From the NCBI RefSeq assembly GCF_964355755.1, contig NC_092674.1, positions 15,004,001 through 15,068,000 of the forward strand: 64,000 nt of DNA, read 5' to 3'. Shown here piece after piece: positions 50,301 to 62,267 of the stretch; position 1 is the stretch's first letter, and each line of letters starts with the position of its first letter. A model generated the notes under the pieces. It did no database searches and was not told where the DNA came from. It saw only the letters and a list, made by a program, of their open reading frames with translations. Made by a program: the position numbers and the translations under genes. This stretch comes from Antedon mediterranea (Eukaryota; Animalia; Echinodermata).

Positions 50301-52458
50301 GTATTACCTATGTCATACTTACTATATAGCATTGACAAGGTATTCTGTATCGTTTCCTTGCTGTCTGCAGGTTCAGCCATAACAGCAACAAACTGGATAT
50401 CAGACTGCTCTGTTTGCAAGGAAGTGCTTCCATGATGAGCAGCTTTAATACCTGCTAAAGAGATGTCTGGAGTTAATAAATGAGCAGAGGTTTTCGTTAA
50501 TACATACTGAAAGAGAAATTGGTCCTGCAAACTTAGAGAATCCGATTCAAGTTTAGTTAGCTAGAAGTCTTCAAGTTTAAGCTGAAAATTACTATGTGTT
50601 TGTGACGTATGTGGATGAAACAAATGCTCCACACCACTGTGGTATGTTGTGACAGTGGACAGCTGTATTTTTCTTTGTCTCCTTTCGTCAAGTTCCATCT
50701 CTTGTACCTGAGCCTGTAATGGAATTGAACACGTTAATTTAGCAGAATTTGGCAATGGCTGAACAGCCTGAACTGATGTACCATGAAATCCACGTGACAT
50801 TTGTGATGATCTAACAGCAGCGTATTGCGAGTTTTTATCGATGTTATCTATTGAAATAATTGTAAAGGCATTAGATACAAATGGTTTACTAGTCATTTCC
50901 AATTCTGCAACATGTGTTTGATATCTGAGAAATGTATCTTTAGATACACAAATACCAAACTGTGCCAAGAGACCTAAGCACTTTGCTGATGAGTTTGTGA
51001 ATTTATCAATAGCATCAGTGATGAGCATATGAAATGGTAAATATGCTTGATCATTCTGCAAAAATAAAAGACAACAAAATATATTAAGTCTCTTTAGTTT
51101 CTTGCGGTGGCTAAAAGTTGATGACTCATGTGTGTTTAGGTAATGAGTATCCCATTTAAATGACATATCTGTATACAGATTCTTCATCTCTTGCTTATTG
51201 AGGGTAATCCTGAGAAGAAAGTTCCACAAGATTGGATCAAAAGAATTAATTAATGATAGAAAATTTACATTGTCAATGTGATTGCACTTATTACCTAAAG
51301 ACAAAATCTTTGCTTGATTTGAAATTCTTGATTGTATATCATCAGCTACAATAGATAATGGATGGGATTTAGACTGTGCTTCCAACTCTTTTATCTTTCT
51401 GTCACTCTCTTCTAATTTGTGTTTCAATGCATGTTGTACTCGAAAAGTGATTTCAACAAACACTTCTGAACATCAGTGCCATACCGTCTAAGAACTGTTC
51501 CTAAACGTTCGTTGCCTGGACTACAGTAAGAAATGACGCACTCGCCTAATGAAGCACGAATACGTGTCATTAGCATAGCCTTGATTTGTTTCTCTGTAAA
51601 TGAATGCCAGTTATGATGTTCACACTTTGATATGTCAAAGGCTTTATATGTGCGGAGATAAAAATGATATAGGTTATCCAATAAAATTGCTTCATCAGCA
51701 AGTAAAATCTCACCCATATAACCTAAAGTTTGGACAATACAAAAATCAACACAGCTGACAGCTAACACATTCTGCTCTAATGACCTTAGTATTTCTTGGA
51801 AATATGTTTTAGAGCATCGCTGTTCTCTAACAAAAGAATCAGCATTACAAAATCTGTGAAAAGACGAGTGACACGACGAACATAAACAAACAATACTAGA
51901 ACAATTGAGTGCATCATCAACATACAATGAACGAGCGTTCATGAACTGTGTTAGCTTGCCGACTTTATGACACATTCTACTGCTTCTTCTATGAAATGGC
52001 AAATGAGAATGGCATACAGCACACTTGGTAGGTGGTGATAAATAGCGGTTGTAATCATTGTAGTGTATGTGGCAGAGTGGAAAATTGCCATCAAACTGTG
52101 GGATTTGCTTTATTTTATCCATGGAAATCTTGAAACAATGCCTTACTTTCGTTTCATCCCCTCTACTTGTTCTATGGATTTGAATGCTGGTGCATTCCGG
52201 AACTAGGCAGCCTTCATCAAGCTTCGCCTTCTTTGTAGTACCAGCATGGTCTGTAGCACTCCATTTTCTATGGCAGTTCCAACATATGCAGTCAGTTGGA
52301 GTAACATCAAACTGTTTCTGCAAATTTTGTACCACTGCATGATGGTGTGGCAAAGCATTTGCAATGTGCCAAAATTTGTTATTGTGACAACCACAAATTT
52401 TACATGGCCCACCTTTCTGCAAAGGGTGTGTTGCAATGCAATTACTTATTTTAGGCAT
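47324..52458 (-). pseudogene. Academ transposase/XPG-like nuclease protein (~1,700 aa; one frameshift, one stop)
   Basis: Cys/His-rich N-terminus; ISIDNID, VVAGDAKTY, IGDWHLLKN, FDEAHE; XPG/PIN-like VVFD..SPK, NHEEGDSR, SGCDYVSFF; C-terminal CKCKTGC..RCAC..CGPGCTCVNCKN; frameshift at ~51424-51463 and in-frame TAG at 50561. Confidence 0.9.
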
Positions 52459-52700
52459 TACTTACCTTTTTAATTGAGCATTTTACGTCTGTAATTTTGG
52501 ATACAGATCTTCTTGCCACTCACTGGAATAGAATATTTATATACAATTAGATTAGGAGAGATGTCCCGGTTGCATGGGAAATATTTAACCTAGACGGCCT
52601 GCCTAGTTTTTACTATTAGGCTAGCCAGGCTAAAAGGCCAGTAAACTTTACTAGGCCTATGCGGCATGCCTATATGTAGCAGGTAGAGAGAGGGCAGGCC

Positions 52701-53937
52701 GCGATTTTTTTTTTCGTACATAAGTTGGGGACCCCATCATGAAACGTCACAAAATAAACATGAATAATTCATCAGTTAAATTTTCTTGTTCCGTGTGCAC
52801 CCAAGCGTATAGCAACAAGAAGTGATTACACAAGTGCGGTACGATTCTAGGCCTATCTCCGCTGTGGTTGCCGCGTGCGATTTCATAATAGAATAGCGGA
52901 GTTTTGTGTGGATTGTCAAAATAATCAGCCTTTAGTTTATGGTGTTTTTAATATAGTTTATTACTAAAGAATTACGTGTTAAAATTATAGTTTCTATTGA
53001 TACTATTAGGCCTAATTACTAGTCTCTAAACCCCTGTATATTCTAGTAGTAGCTGTGTGGGTGTGTGTGACTTGTGTCTTTGGGCTATGTCCAATTACTA
53101 CTTAGTTTAATGTTTTGCCTAGCTGTCGATTAGCCTCGACACATTTTGCATAGTGGACGTGTGTGTGAAGAAGAGTGCGCGAAGGCAATCACGTGAATTG
53201 ACCTAGAATCCTAGGCCTATTATTGTAGAAAGAATCGTATCGCAGTTGTTGTTCCGTGTGCACCCACAAGCGTTCTTGGACATAGCCCAAAGAAAGCTTA
53301 GACCCACAAGAATAAAGAATGTGTTTAATTTGTGTACTGTATTTTTTTAATTCTTCTATCAATTATCAAACAATATGCAATGTACTCAAAGGAACTTTAA
53401 AAATGCGCGTATATGAACACATGAGATGGGAAGATTTGACCCACGAGAATAAAAAATGTATTTTTGTGTAATGTTTATTGTTTAATTTTGCTGACTTATT
53501 ACTCGGATTGTGTCATACCAAAGATAGTGTAACTATTACCAAAGATAGTGTAACTAATCTTTGGTCATACCTAACACACACACACGTCACACACATCCAC
53601 ACAGCAACTACTAGAATAGACATGGGTTTAGAGACTAATAATTAGGCCTAATAGTATTAATAGAAACTATAATTTTAACACGTAATTCTTTAGTAATAAA
53701 TTATATTAAAAACACCATAAACTAAAGGCCGATTATTTCGACAATCCACACAAAACGCCGCTATTCTTCAACAGCGGAGAGATAGGCCTAGAATCGTACC
53801 GCACTTGTGTAAACACTTCTTGTTGCTATACGCTTGGGTGCACACGGAACAAGAAAATTTAACTGATGAATTATTCATGTTTATTGTGTGACGTTTCATG
53901 AGGGGGTCCCCAACTTATGTACGAAAAAAAAAATTGC
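52701..53937. mobile_element. Mutator-like foldback element, ~370-bp TIRs
   Basis: 9-bp TSD GGGCAGGCC (52692-52700, 53938-53946); 52701-53075 inverted at ~53580-53937. Confidence 0.85.
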
Positions 53938-53939
53938 GG

Positions 53940-54425
53940 GCAGGCCAGCTAGGAATCTAGTTTAGGCCACTTTTAGTTAGTAGGGCCTTATTATAGCCAG
54001 GCCTAGGCTTACAGTCTGAGTAGCTAGTCAGGCTAGGCCATTATCCCTTTAATTATTGTACCTAACTAGGCCTATGCCCTACAAGGCTATAGTAGTATAG
54101 GGCCTACATACATAGCATATAATTATAGGCCTAGGCTAGGAGTCTGATCATCATTTATAGCCAGCCGTGTAAGTGAGATCATCGCAAATTAGACTTTCTG
54201 TCCTAAGCCTAGCCTAAATAAAAGCTAGGCCTAGCTAGGCTAGGCCCTAGCCTTTTATTTACCTAGTCTAGGCCTAGGCCCTGTCTAGCTACTACTAGTC
54301 TAGGCTAGGCCTAGCTGGATGTCCCCCTCTACTACCTAGCCTAGGCCCTAGTAGTAGGCTACTACACTAGATAGACAGGGCCTTTAGGCGCTAGCCTAGT
54401 AGGCTAGGCCTAGGCCAGGCCTATC
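53940..54425. repeat. TAGGCCTA/TAGGCTA/TAGCCTA low-complexity cluster
   Basis: dense irregular array of these motifs; similar clusters at 42310-42370, 43195-43455, 52590-52670 and 57339-57358. Confidence 0.85.
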
Positions 54426-54921
54426 TCATGACTTACAATCGGAATAAATTAAACAGTATTTAACAACGATGAACCACCTTCTCATAGGTCATAATCGATA
54501 TATACTTAATTAAAGCATATTATTAAGCTATTAAAACACATTTTCATTAGTTGGGACGCAAATCCGTCTATTCAGAAAAATGTAAACAAATCAAATGGTA
54601 AAACTTACATGATCCTGCAACTTTTCCGAACCAGTGACTGACGGAGAAAATTTTTACTTTATCGTCTGATTTTTCTCCAAGGAAATCGATTGGCTAACAA
54701 AATATACTTATTAGGAGACATGTTTACCAAATTAGGAAAATTATAATATTTGAATATTCATGATATTATTCTAATTATAACTTCTGTTTTTTTCGAGTTT
54801 TTTTCGCGTGAAGCTTCGTCAAGTTTTATAACGTATGAGGGCGCTACAAAACTCAATCGAACAAATAGATGAAAAACGTTCGATTAACAGAATTATCGCG
54901 AAGTGGCTTTCCCACTGCATT

Positions 54922-57900
54922 ACTGTCACTCGCATTACCGTAAGAAATGAACTTAGTATTTACTAAACAAAGCAGATTTTAGAACGAAGAAAAGTAGACA
55001 ATAATTAATATTGCAACATTAAACCACTCAAAGGATGTTATATCAATATTCAAGTAAAAACTTTTATTTCAACTCATTTGGATGAAGTTCTAAAGGACAT
55101 CATCTATTTTTAACACTAACAGAACATCTTGTTTTTTTATAAACACAGTAACACTTATACGGTCACTAAAAATGAATTAGAAAATTCAAACAGCCATTTT
55201 ACAAATTATGGAACTCAAAGTGACCACGGTTGTTGACAACAACTGGTGCTTGAACCTTCTTTTTAAGATTTTCTTGTACATAATATATTGTATCTCTTGG
55301 AGTGGGCCATCTCCAGTATTTCCCGACTTGTTCCATAACGGACACTTGAAAATCATTTTGTTCCCCAATAGCAATAACTTCCCCAGGGTACAGCTTTCCG
55401 TCGTAATCAACTTGGTACCACTCACCAACATGCACTGTTAAATTATACTCCTTAACATGCCTACTTATGACAAAAGCAGACACATTACTTGAAGTTACAT
55501 CAAAACAATGCATTTTGGCAATTCCATGAATGGCACAGGCATGATCAAAAATGCTACATGTATTAAGAGAAGTATTTCTCTTATCAATTTCTTGTTGCGA
55601 AAAATGTTTCACAGAAACATTTTTCATACCAACAGCAGCAGAAACAAATGATTTGGCATCCGATACAATTGTCTTCTTGTTCGGACCTGACCCCAGACAA
55701 ATCGTTTCACTGATCCACCTATTCCATCTACAGGGCCTTTTCCGTGTGATGTTGCAAAATAATTCCACCGTAGGGTTACCTTGTGTTTCGCTTGCAGTGG
55801 TTGAATTGCAGCAACAATAAACCGGTTCTTGAACTGTGATGCTGGTCCATCAGACCAAAGTGAAACAAATGTTACTGTTTCTGGTAGTTGCTCTAGCACT
55901 TCATCAATGTACGAAACTACGGTTTCTTTAGAATGGACCAGATTATCAGACACTAAAACACGTGAATGGACTTCCTCCCCAAACCATTGGGCTATTGTGA
56001 ATAGGCTCACCTGTCTCTGGTTCCAGTGAGCACTCTGGATTTCGTCTTGGGAGACACACGTATAGTTCTCAGAAAAATCTATTTGGATTACAGCCTCAAG
56101 TGGGGAAGCTTTCATTCTATCATCTTTGTTTGTAGCTGCTTGCTGGCGCTTGACATAGCAATGCTCAATAAATTGTGGAATAAGACTGCAAAAATACTCT
56201 GTCAGCTCTTTAACTGTACCTTGCTCAATGACTTTTAGTATTCTTTTATCAGTATTAGACATTCTCCAAACATACCATGAACTTTCATTCTCACAAGCAT
56301 CTTCATCAAGAATTAACTGATATTTCTGCTTGAATCCTTCAGCATCTTTGCAAGATGAGCACTCATTTAACCAGCATTTTTCGGTTACTGTCTCACACAA
56401 CAAAGAAGCAGGAAAATCATGGGTATAGGATGGAAATGTTCGACACACCTTGTGCAGTGCATCAACTGCAAAGATGAAATTTTCGTGGTACCTGCAAAGG
56501 CATACATTGTGAGGCAGTTTATTTGTGAGATAAACATGCTTGGGTCGCATTTCTGCAAACTTGGATTTTCCAACTTTTATTTCCGGAAACTCGTTACAAA
56601 AGAGGGAAAATGTTTCCATTATAGAGCTTGTCAAATGACGGACTTGCATCTTGTTTTTTTTGCCATCGACTCCTTGAACTAAACAGTAATCTTTCATTCC
56701 TGGTGCCTGACGGCTGACATCATCCCGCACATAAAATGTTGTTATTATTTTAATAGTTTCTTCAGGTATTTCATTTGACCTCCGTCTTTTAGAACTGGTT
56801 GGTGTCTCATCGTGTAGCTCGTCGTTAAAAAGTATATGTCGCACACGCTTTCTTCTGCGAGGACTGGATGGCAAACCAGCATCAAGCATTCTTTTTGCCC
56901 TGGTAGTGGCTTTAGCAAAAGCCATAGCACTTCTAAAAGGTGATGGCCCATCTGATGCCAAAGCAGCCTTCTTTGCTCTGAACTTAGCCACACGTTTTCT
57001 ATTAGCAACTTTAAGAGCATCAATCTTCTGCTTCTTCAAAGCTGGTGGCAGAGCTAGAATTTTCTCTTTTCTTTTACTTTTACTTCTTTTCGAAATTTCA
57101 TTTTGTTTGTTTCTGTATGAGGTGTATTTTCCCTCGGCTTTCAGTTTTTCTAGGTACTTTCTCTGTCGTTCGGCCATTTCTAAAAGCAGGATGCAAATGT
57201 GAATGATATTTTAAAATTATTTTTAAATAATAAGCAATTATATATTTTGTTTTTAAAACTAAAATGCTTTAGACCTGGTGGTGTAAAATATGCCTAGTAA
57301 ATAATAATATATAAATAATAATATATAAATAAATTATTATAGCCTAGGCCTAGGCCTATGCGGTGTTTTCAAATTATAGAATTTGAAATAATTAACACTA
57401 ACAATATAAGAAAAAAAAACTTAAAAATTGTGATTAAATATAAATGTATACTTATTCTTACCTTCTTATCTTCACAAAAGATTGTACCAAATTTGATAAA
57501 TCTCACCAGATTTAGTGTTTTTTATTTAATGAGCTCTTACTGTATAATGATTGATTTTTCAAATGATTTAACTGCAAAAAGGTCGTTGCTAGGGATTGTG
57601 CTGCCCTCAACAAACCTAATGCTATAATTATTATACTGTACTGCCTCCAAATAAGGGCCAAATCACACATTGTATTATGAAATTAATGTATATACTAATT
57701 CTGGGACTAATTCATAACTAATGATAGATTAATTACTATTTTACTTTACAAAAAAAAGAGTTTTAGTAATGTCACTCGCATTACATTGTCCATTTTTGAA
57801 CGTCACTCGCATTACATGTCACTCGCATTTCACTTTTCAATGTCTCAACAATTTTGTATTTACGGGAATTTTTTATTTTTTTTGGTCAAATTTTAATTGT

Positions 57901-58350
57901 TCAAAGTAGTATAGCTAAATTATAAAATTTCATTAAAAAAAATTATCATCATGATGGTATAAAAAAAAAAATAATTTTTTTTGTCACTCGCATTACATAC
58001 CCTAATATATAACAGAATATACACAGCACTCCTATATGGGATATTCAAGATTTGTAGTTATATCATATTTTCCATACATCTTAAGTGTACTATACATGTT
58101 ACTTTATAAATATTGCTTTGGTGGGGAAATTAAGTTAAGTTAACGTAATTACCTATTTTTCACACCTAAAAAAAAAATATATATTCAACATTGAATAAAC
58201 GTAATTTTTTGGCTACAAAAAGTCATAAATGAATTGAAAAAGTTAAAAACCTAGTTCCCACATATTCAAAGAGTAACATAAACACAAATTTTGAGCTGAC
58301 TAATTAATTTGAATTTTTTTGGTCATGTCCATGTTTGCATGGAATTGCCC
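54922..58350 (-). mobile_element. Sola2-like transposon (plus 32-bp remnant at 42439-42470)
   Basis: terminus GGGCAATTCCATG (minus) at 58350; gtcactcgcatt subterminal repeats at 57771-57995, 54926 and 42459; other terminus lost. Confidence 0.75.
55199..57177 (-). pseudogene. Sola2-like DDD transposase, single frameshift
   Basis: VGKSKFAEMRPKHV..CLCRYHEN, DFSENY..QDEIQSAHW, WSDGPASQFKN, FATSHGKGPVDGIGG; frameshift at ~55680 into the ORF 55199..55768 with Tudor-like VGEWYQVDYDGKLYPGEV..WRWP. Confidence 0.85.
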
Positions 58351-58802
58351 AGCTAGTTTTTAGAGAGAGTGGTGTTATGTTTCATGTCATGTGACACAAA
58401 CTTCAGTATTAGTCTTTATTATAGACCAACAGTCTGAAACCTCTCTTTTTGTTGCATTTTTGTATTATTTATCGTCAAAGACAACCAATTGAACGAGTTT
58501 TAAGTGTTAATTAAAAAAAATAATAGCGGTGATTTCATTCTTATGTAGGCCTAGAATAGATTTTCTTGCATAGAAATGTAGGTATACTGTTATGATTGTG
58601 AATTGAACAAGCGTGACGTTATTACCTTATTTGGTATTCTACGCGCAAAGTACGCCCTCAATTTGTTACTTTACGCGGTCCTATCTAAAACTTTTATAGC
58701 AATGGTCTAACAGTGGTGACTTTAGTAAGACCGTCTATCTAATAATGCCGGCTTTAATCGGGGAGTTAAGACCATCAGTTAAGACTGTAGCAATCCGCCC
58801 CT

Positions 58803-58956
58803 GCTCTGTGGTAGCAGCAACAATGGCCTTCATAATATGGCTCGTAATTTGGGTTTACCAGAAATTGAAAATGAAGAGGATATTGATATAGGGGATGCAG
58901 GGGACAACAATGGACGTGCAATCAGGCAGATGGTTGCAAAAGCAATTGCTAATTAA
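58803..58956 (+). pseudogene. PIF/Harbinger transposase C-terminal fragment
   Basis: LHNMARNLGLPEIENEEDIDIGDAGDNNGRAIRQMVA* matches the LHN..acidic..G...R ending of Harbinger transposases. Confidence 0.55.
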
Positions 58957-59099
58957 ATTTTGTTTTGTAAAAAATGTTTATACTGTATAATTGTTAAAGG
59001 TTTATTAGATTCAAAATAATTATGGCGCTGTCATAACAGCATCATCATTGTACTTAATACAGGTATTAATATATTAAAGATTTTTAAATTATTTGTAAA

Positions 59100-62062
59100 T
59101 GACTCAAAATATGCTAAAGTGTTATAAAACTGTAACACAGAGGTCAATTTTTCATCTTTAACCTTTTTTTTTTTTTATAACCTGAAATTGTTGAGTAAAA
59201 ACATATCTTTCAGGCAATACTAAAAAAAAGATAAGTCACTGAACATGAACTTCAAAAAATGTATTTTAATTTCATTGGTGTAGCAATTGCGTGTGTTAGT
59301 TTTGACGGACACAATTTTGTTGTTTTTCTTGAACAAATAATAAAATTATCATAACTATGTCTTATAATAATTTATTTAATTATGTTTAATATATACTACA
59401 TTTCAAAGTATAAATGCGGAAAAAAAAATTCTCAATAATCACATAAAAGTGTTTTTGTCTTTAAAAAATTAGCATGCAATTGGTGAAAATTTATTATGCC
59501 GTTTTAATTGTACTTTAATCACTGTAAATCCTTTGGTTATTAACTATTCTTGATAGAATGGCAGAAAGTCATAATGGCAAAATGTTTTATGAGGAAAAAT
59601 AATATCAAATGGCATACCTTTGAAAATAATGACATTATTTGAGGTGTACTTGCGTGTGTTAGTTTGACAGACACTACGCTTGCGTGTGTTAGTTTGACAG
59701 ACGAAGCTGTGGGTGTGGGTGTGTGTGTGTGTGTTGTCTGGAAAACACTATTGGGCATGTAGTTTGAGAAAAAAATTTATAAAAGTACACTTTAGGTGTG
59801 AAGGTTGGCTTTTTATTAAAAATTACCAATATTTTAAGGCAAAACAAAATTTTGGAAAGTATTTTATAAAATCCAAATACCGTTATGTAATCTCCGACAT
59901 ACAGTAATTTTCACTTGGCAAATTCAACTACCGGTATACAATACTTGCAGGTATAAAAACACAACTAAACATGTCATCAAAATGGTTTGAAATATTTAAA
60001 TTGAAAATCAATCTGAAACAATTATCTTAATTGCCTAATTATTATACAGTCAACATGAAAACGTGCATGATGCATAAATAGAATAATTATTGTGTTATTG
60101 ATTGAGTTAAGTTAACACACTGACGATGGCTGGCATTCTCTCTTTCTTGAAAACTTTTCCACTCTTCTGAATCTTTTTTTAATCTTTCTCTATATAATTT
60201 TGAATGGACGGCACCTCTTGAATTAGTTTTCGGGGTTGGTGAGCCCTTATCTTTATTATCTCTTCCATTTTTACTTTTATTTTTAAAACCATTCTGAAAA
60301 TACAGCAAGTACAGAAAAAAATATTAATTTTGTATTTATTTTATTAATATTTTTATTTATTATATTAGTAAATCTATATGTTTTATTTATTTAATATTTC
60401 TTTAAATATTTTTATTTATGTTAGTACATTTGATGTATTCTTTTATATTTTAATTTGTTTTATTTCTATTTGTTTTAATTTAGTATACTTAATTATTATT
60501 GAGTTAATACTAATTAAATAGCCTGTTAGTTACTTAACTATATTTTTATTATAGGTATTAATATTTATAGTATCTATTTATTTATAATTATATTGGACTA
60601 AATGTTATACTTCAAAATTATTTTACCATGCTAATCATCAACACACAAAATGAAACTAAATTGTTTAATTCCATTAAATATTTTTTTTTATGAAGTGTAA
60701 AAGCTATTAAAATACGCTATTTGTAATTGAAATGAAATACACGATCTGCCAAATCCTTATATACACGGCCGCCGTCCGTCAAATATAACGCACGAGAGCC
60801 TTTAACAAACATTCACTTGTTCGCCAGCGCTCCTCCTGAGACGGAATACCAGCGATTGCTACTTGTTTGAAGTAAAGTTATAAAACCTAGGAATTACATG
60901 TATTAAAACTTGAAAAGAACATTCCATGATATTAAAATTAACTAAAATCTAACCAATAAATATGTCAAGGCCTAACGCACGGAAGAAATATCTGTCAAAT
61001 ATAACGCACGATTTAGAAAGGTCAGTCAAAACATTGAGCAAATTAGCCTAGGCGTGTGCCTATCGCTGTCGCTTGAGACAGTTCGCCCTAATAGCCGTAC
61101 CGAGGTAATTATTAGGCCTAAAATACCACTAGAATTAAATATATAAAGCCTAAACTATGTATTTATGTTCTAAATGTATTTATTTATGATTTCTAATAAT
61201 GTTAAGTACTTACGTGCGTTATATCTTGCGTGCGTTATATTTTTGACAGGAACTAGTTTTCGTTGTTTAGCGACGCAAGTTTACATTCTGTGAAGAATTT
61301 TTGCAGCGGGAAGCCATCGCGGGAGCTATATTTGTAGGCTGCCATGTAGTATCGTCTGTTTGCTCATTCTCGGCGGTAATGACAGGAAAACATTGCGTTT
61401 TTTAAATCAGGATTTATATACAATTAAATTACATTACATTTAAAATCCGATGCATTATATAGAGTAAACATATCCTTGAATTGTTTAACATTTTGGTTTT
61501 CGTATTGCCGTTGTTCTAGGCCTAACCCAGCCTAGGCCTAGTCAAACTTGATTGTTGACGGACACAGTAACGCACGTCAGCACAAGCAAAGATATTAATT
61601 TATTATACAAAAATAAAATATTGTGGTGTCAATATATTGATTTTATTTATTGTTTATACATGTACTTCCAATATCCCAATCAATATTTTTTATTATACTT
61701 CACAATTATCAAATATAAATTGGATTATGAAGTGACACTCAAAATGTTGGTGTGAGAATAGGCCATTATCACAACAAATTTGAAATTTAAAAAAAAATTA
61801 GTGGGTGAAGTGAAATGAAACTGTGTAAGTTATACCGTTGCATGTTAAACTATCTATTAATTCCCTACACATATTAGTGTATAGTATATAATATTTTTTA
61901 TAAATACAAATTAAAATGGCATTTTATGTAACACCTTACTTAGCATATTTTGACTCAAATACCAATTGAAATTTAATGAATTATTTATCAAATTTATCTA
62001 AATTGTATATAAATTGTAATTTACTCAGGTTGAAATTTTCAGACCGTTTGGATAGAGTGCTC
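59100..62062 (-). mobile_element. internally deleted Sola2-like element
   Basis: inverted block tga.tcaaaatatgctaa at 59100 and ~61937-61957; terminus GAGCAC (minus) at 62062; arrays tgcgtgtgttagtttgac and gtcaaatataacgcacg; basic exon 60087-60295 (KLYRERLKKD) similar in character to the 57177 N-terminus. Confidence 0.4.
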
Positions 62063-62127
62063 AATACCAAGGTAGAGCATAAATAAATAAAATAACAGCA
62101 GAAAACTTGGTTACTTCATTGTTTTAA

Positions 62128-62183
62128 TCACTACAAATTTGTTTCGTACGACCAGCATGTAGCTGGCCGCACTCTTCAGGTGA
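62128..62183 (-). ncRNA. minimal type I hammerhead ribozyme
   Basis: ucac-CUGAAGA-gugcggccagc/uacau/gcuggucguac-GAAA-caaauuug-UA-guga: complete core, 11-bp stem II, palindromic stem III. Confidence 0.85.
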
Positions 62184-62267
62184 AATATAAAACGTAAGTG
62201 ACACAGTTGTCTCATAGTGCTTAATAGAAGTGAGTCATCGGGAAGTCGTATACAATAGCCTATTGTT

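Larger units (their letters stand above)
42471..54917 (-). mobile_element. full-length Academ transposon (12,447 bp)
   Basis: perfect 16-bp TIR CAGTGGGAAAGCCACT / AGTGGCTTTCCCACTG; 4-bp TSD CATT; inserted in a gtcactcgcatt repeat of the adjacent Sola2-like element. Confidence 0.9.
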
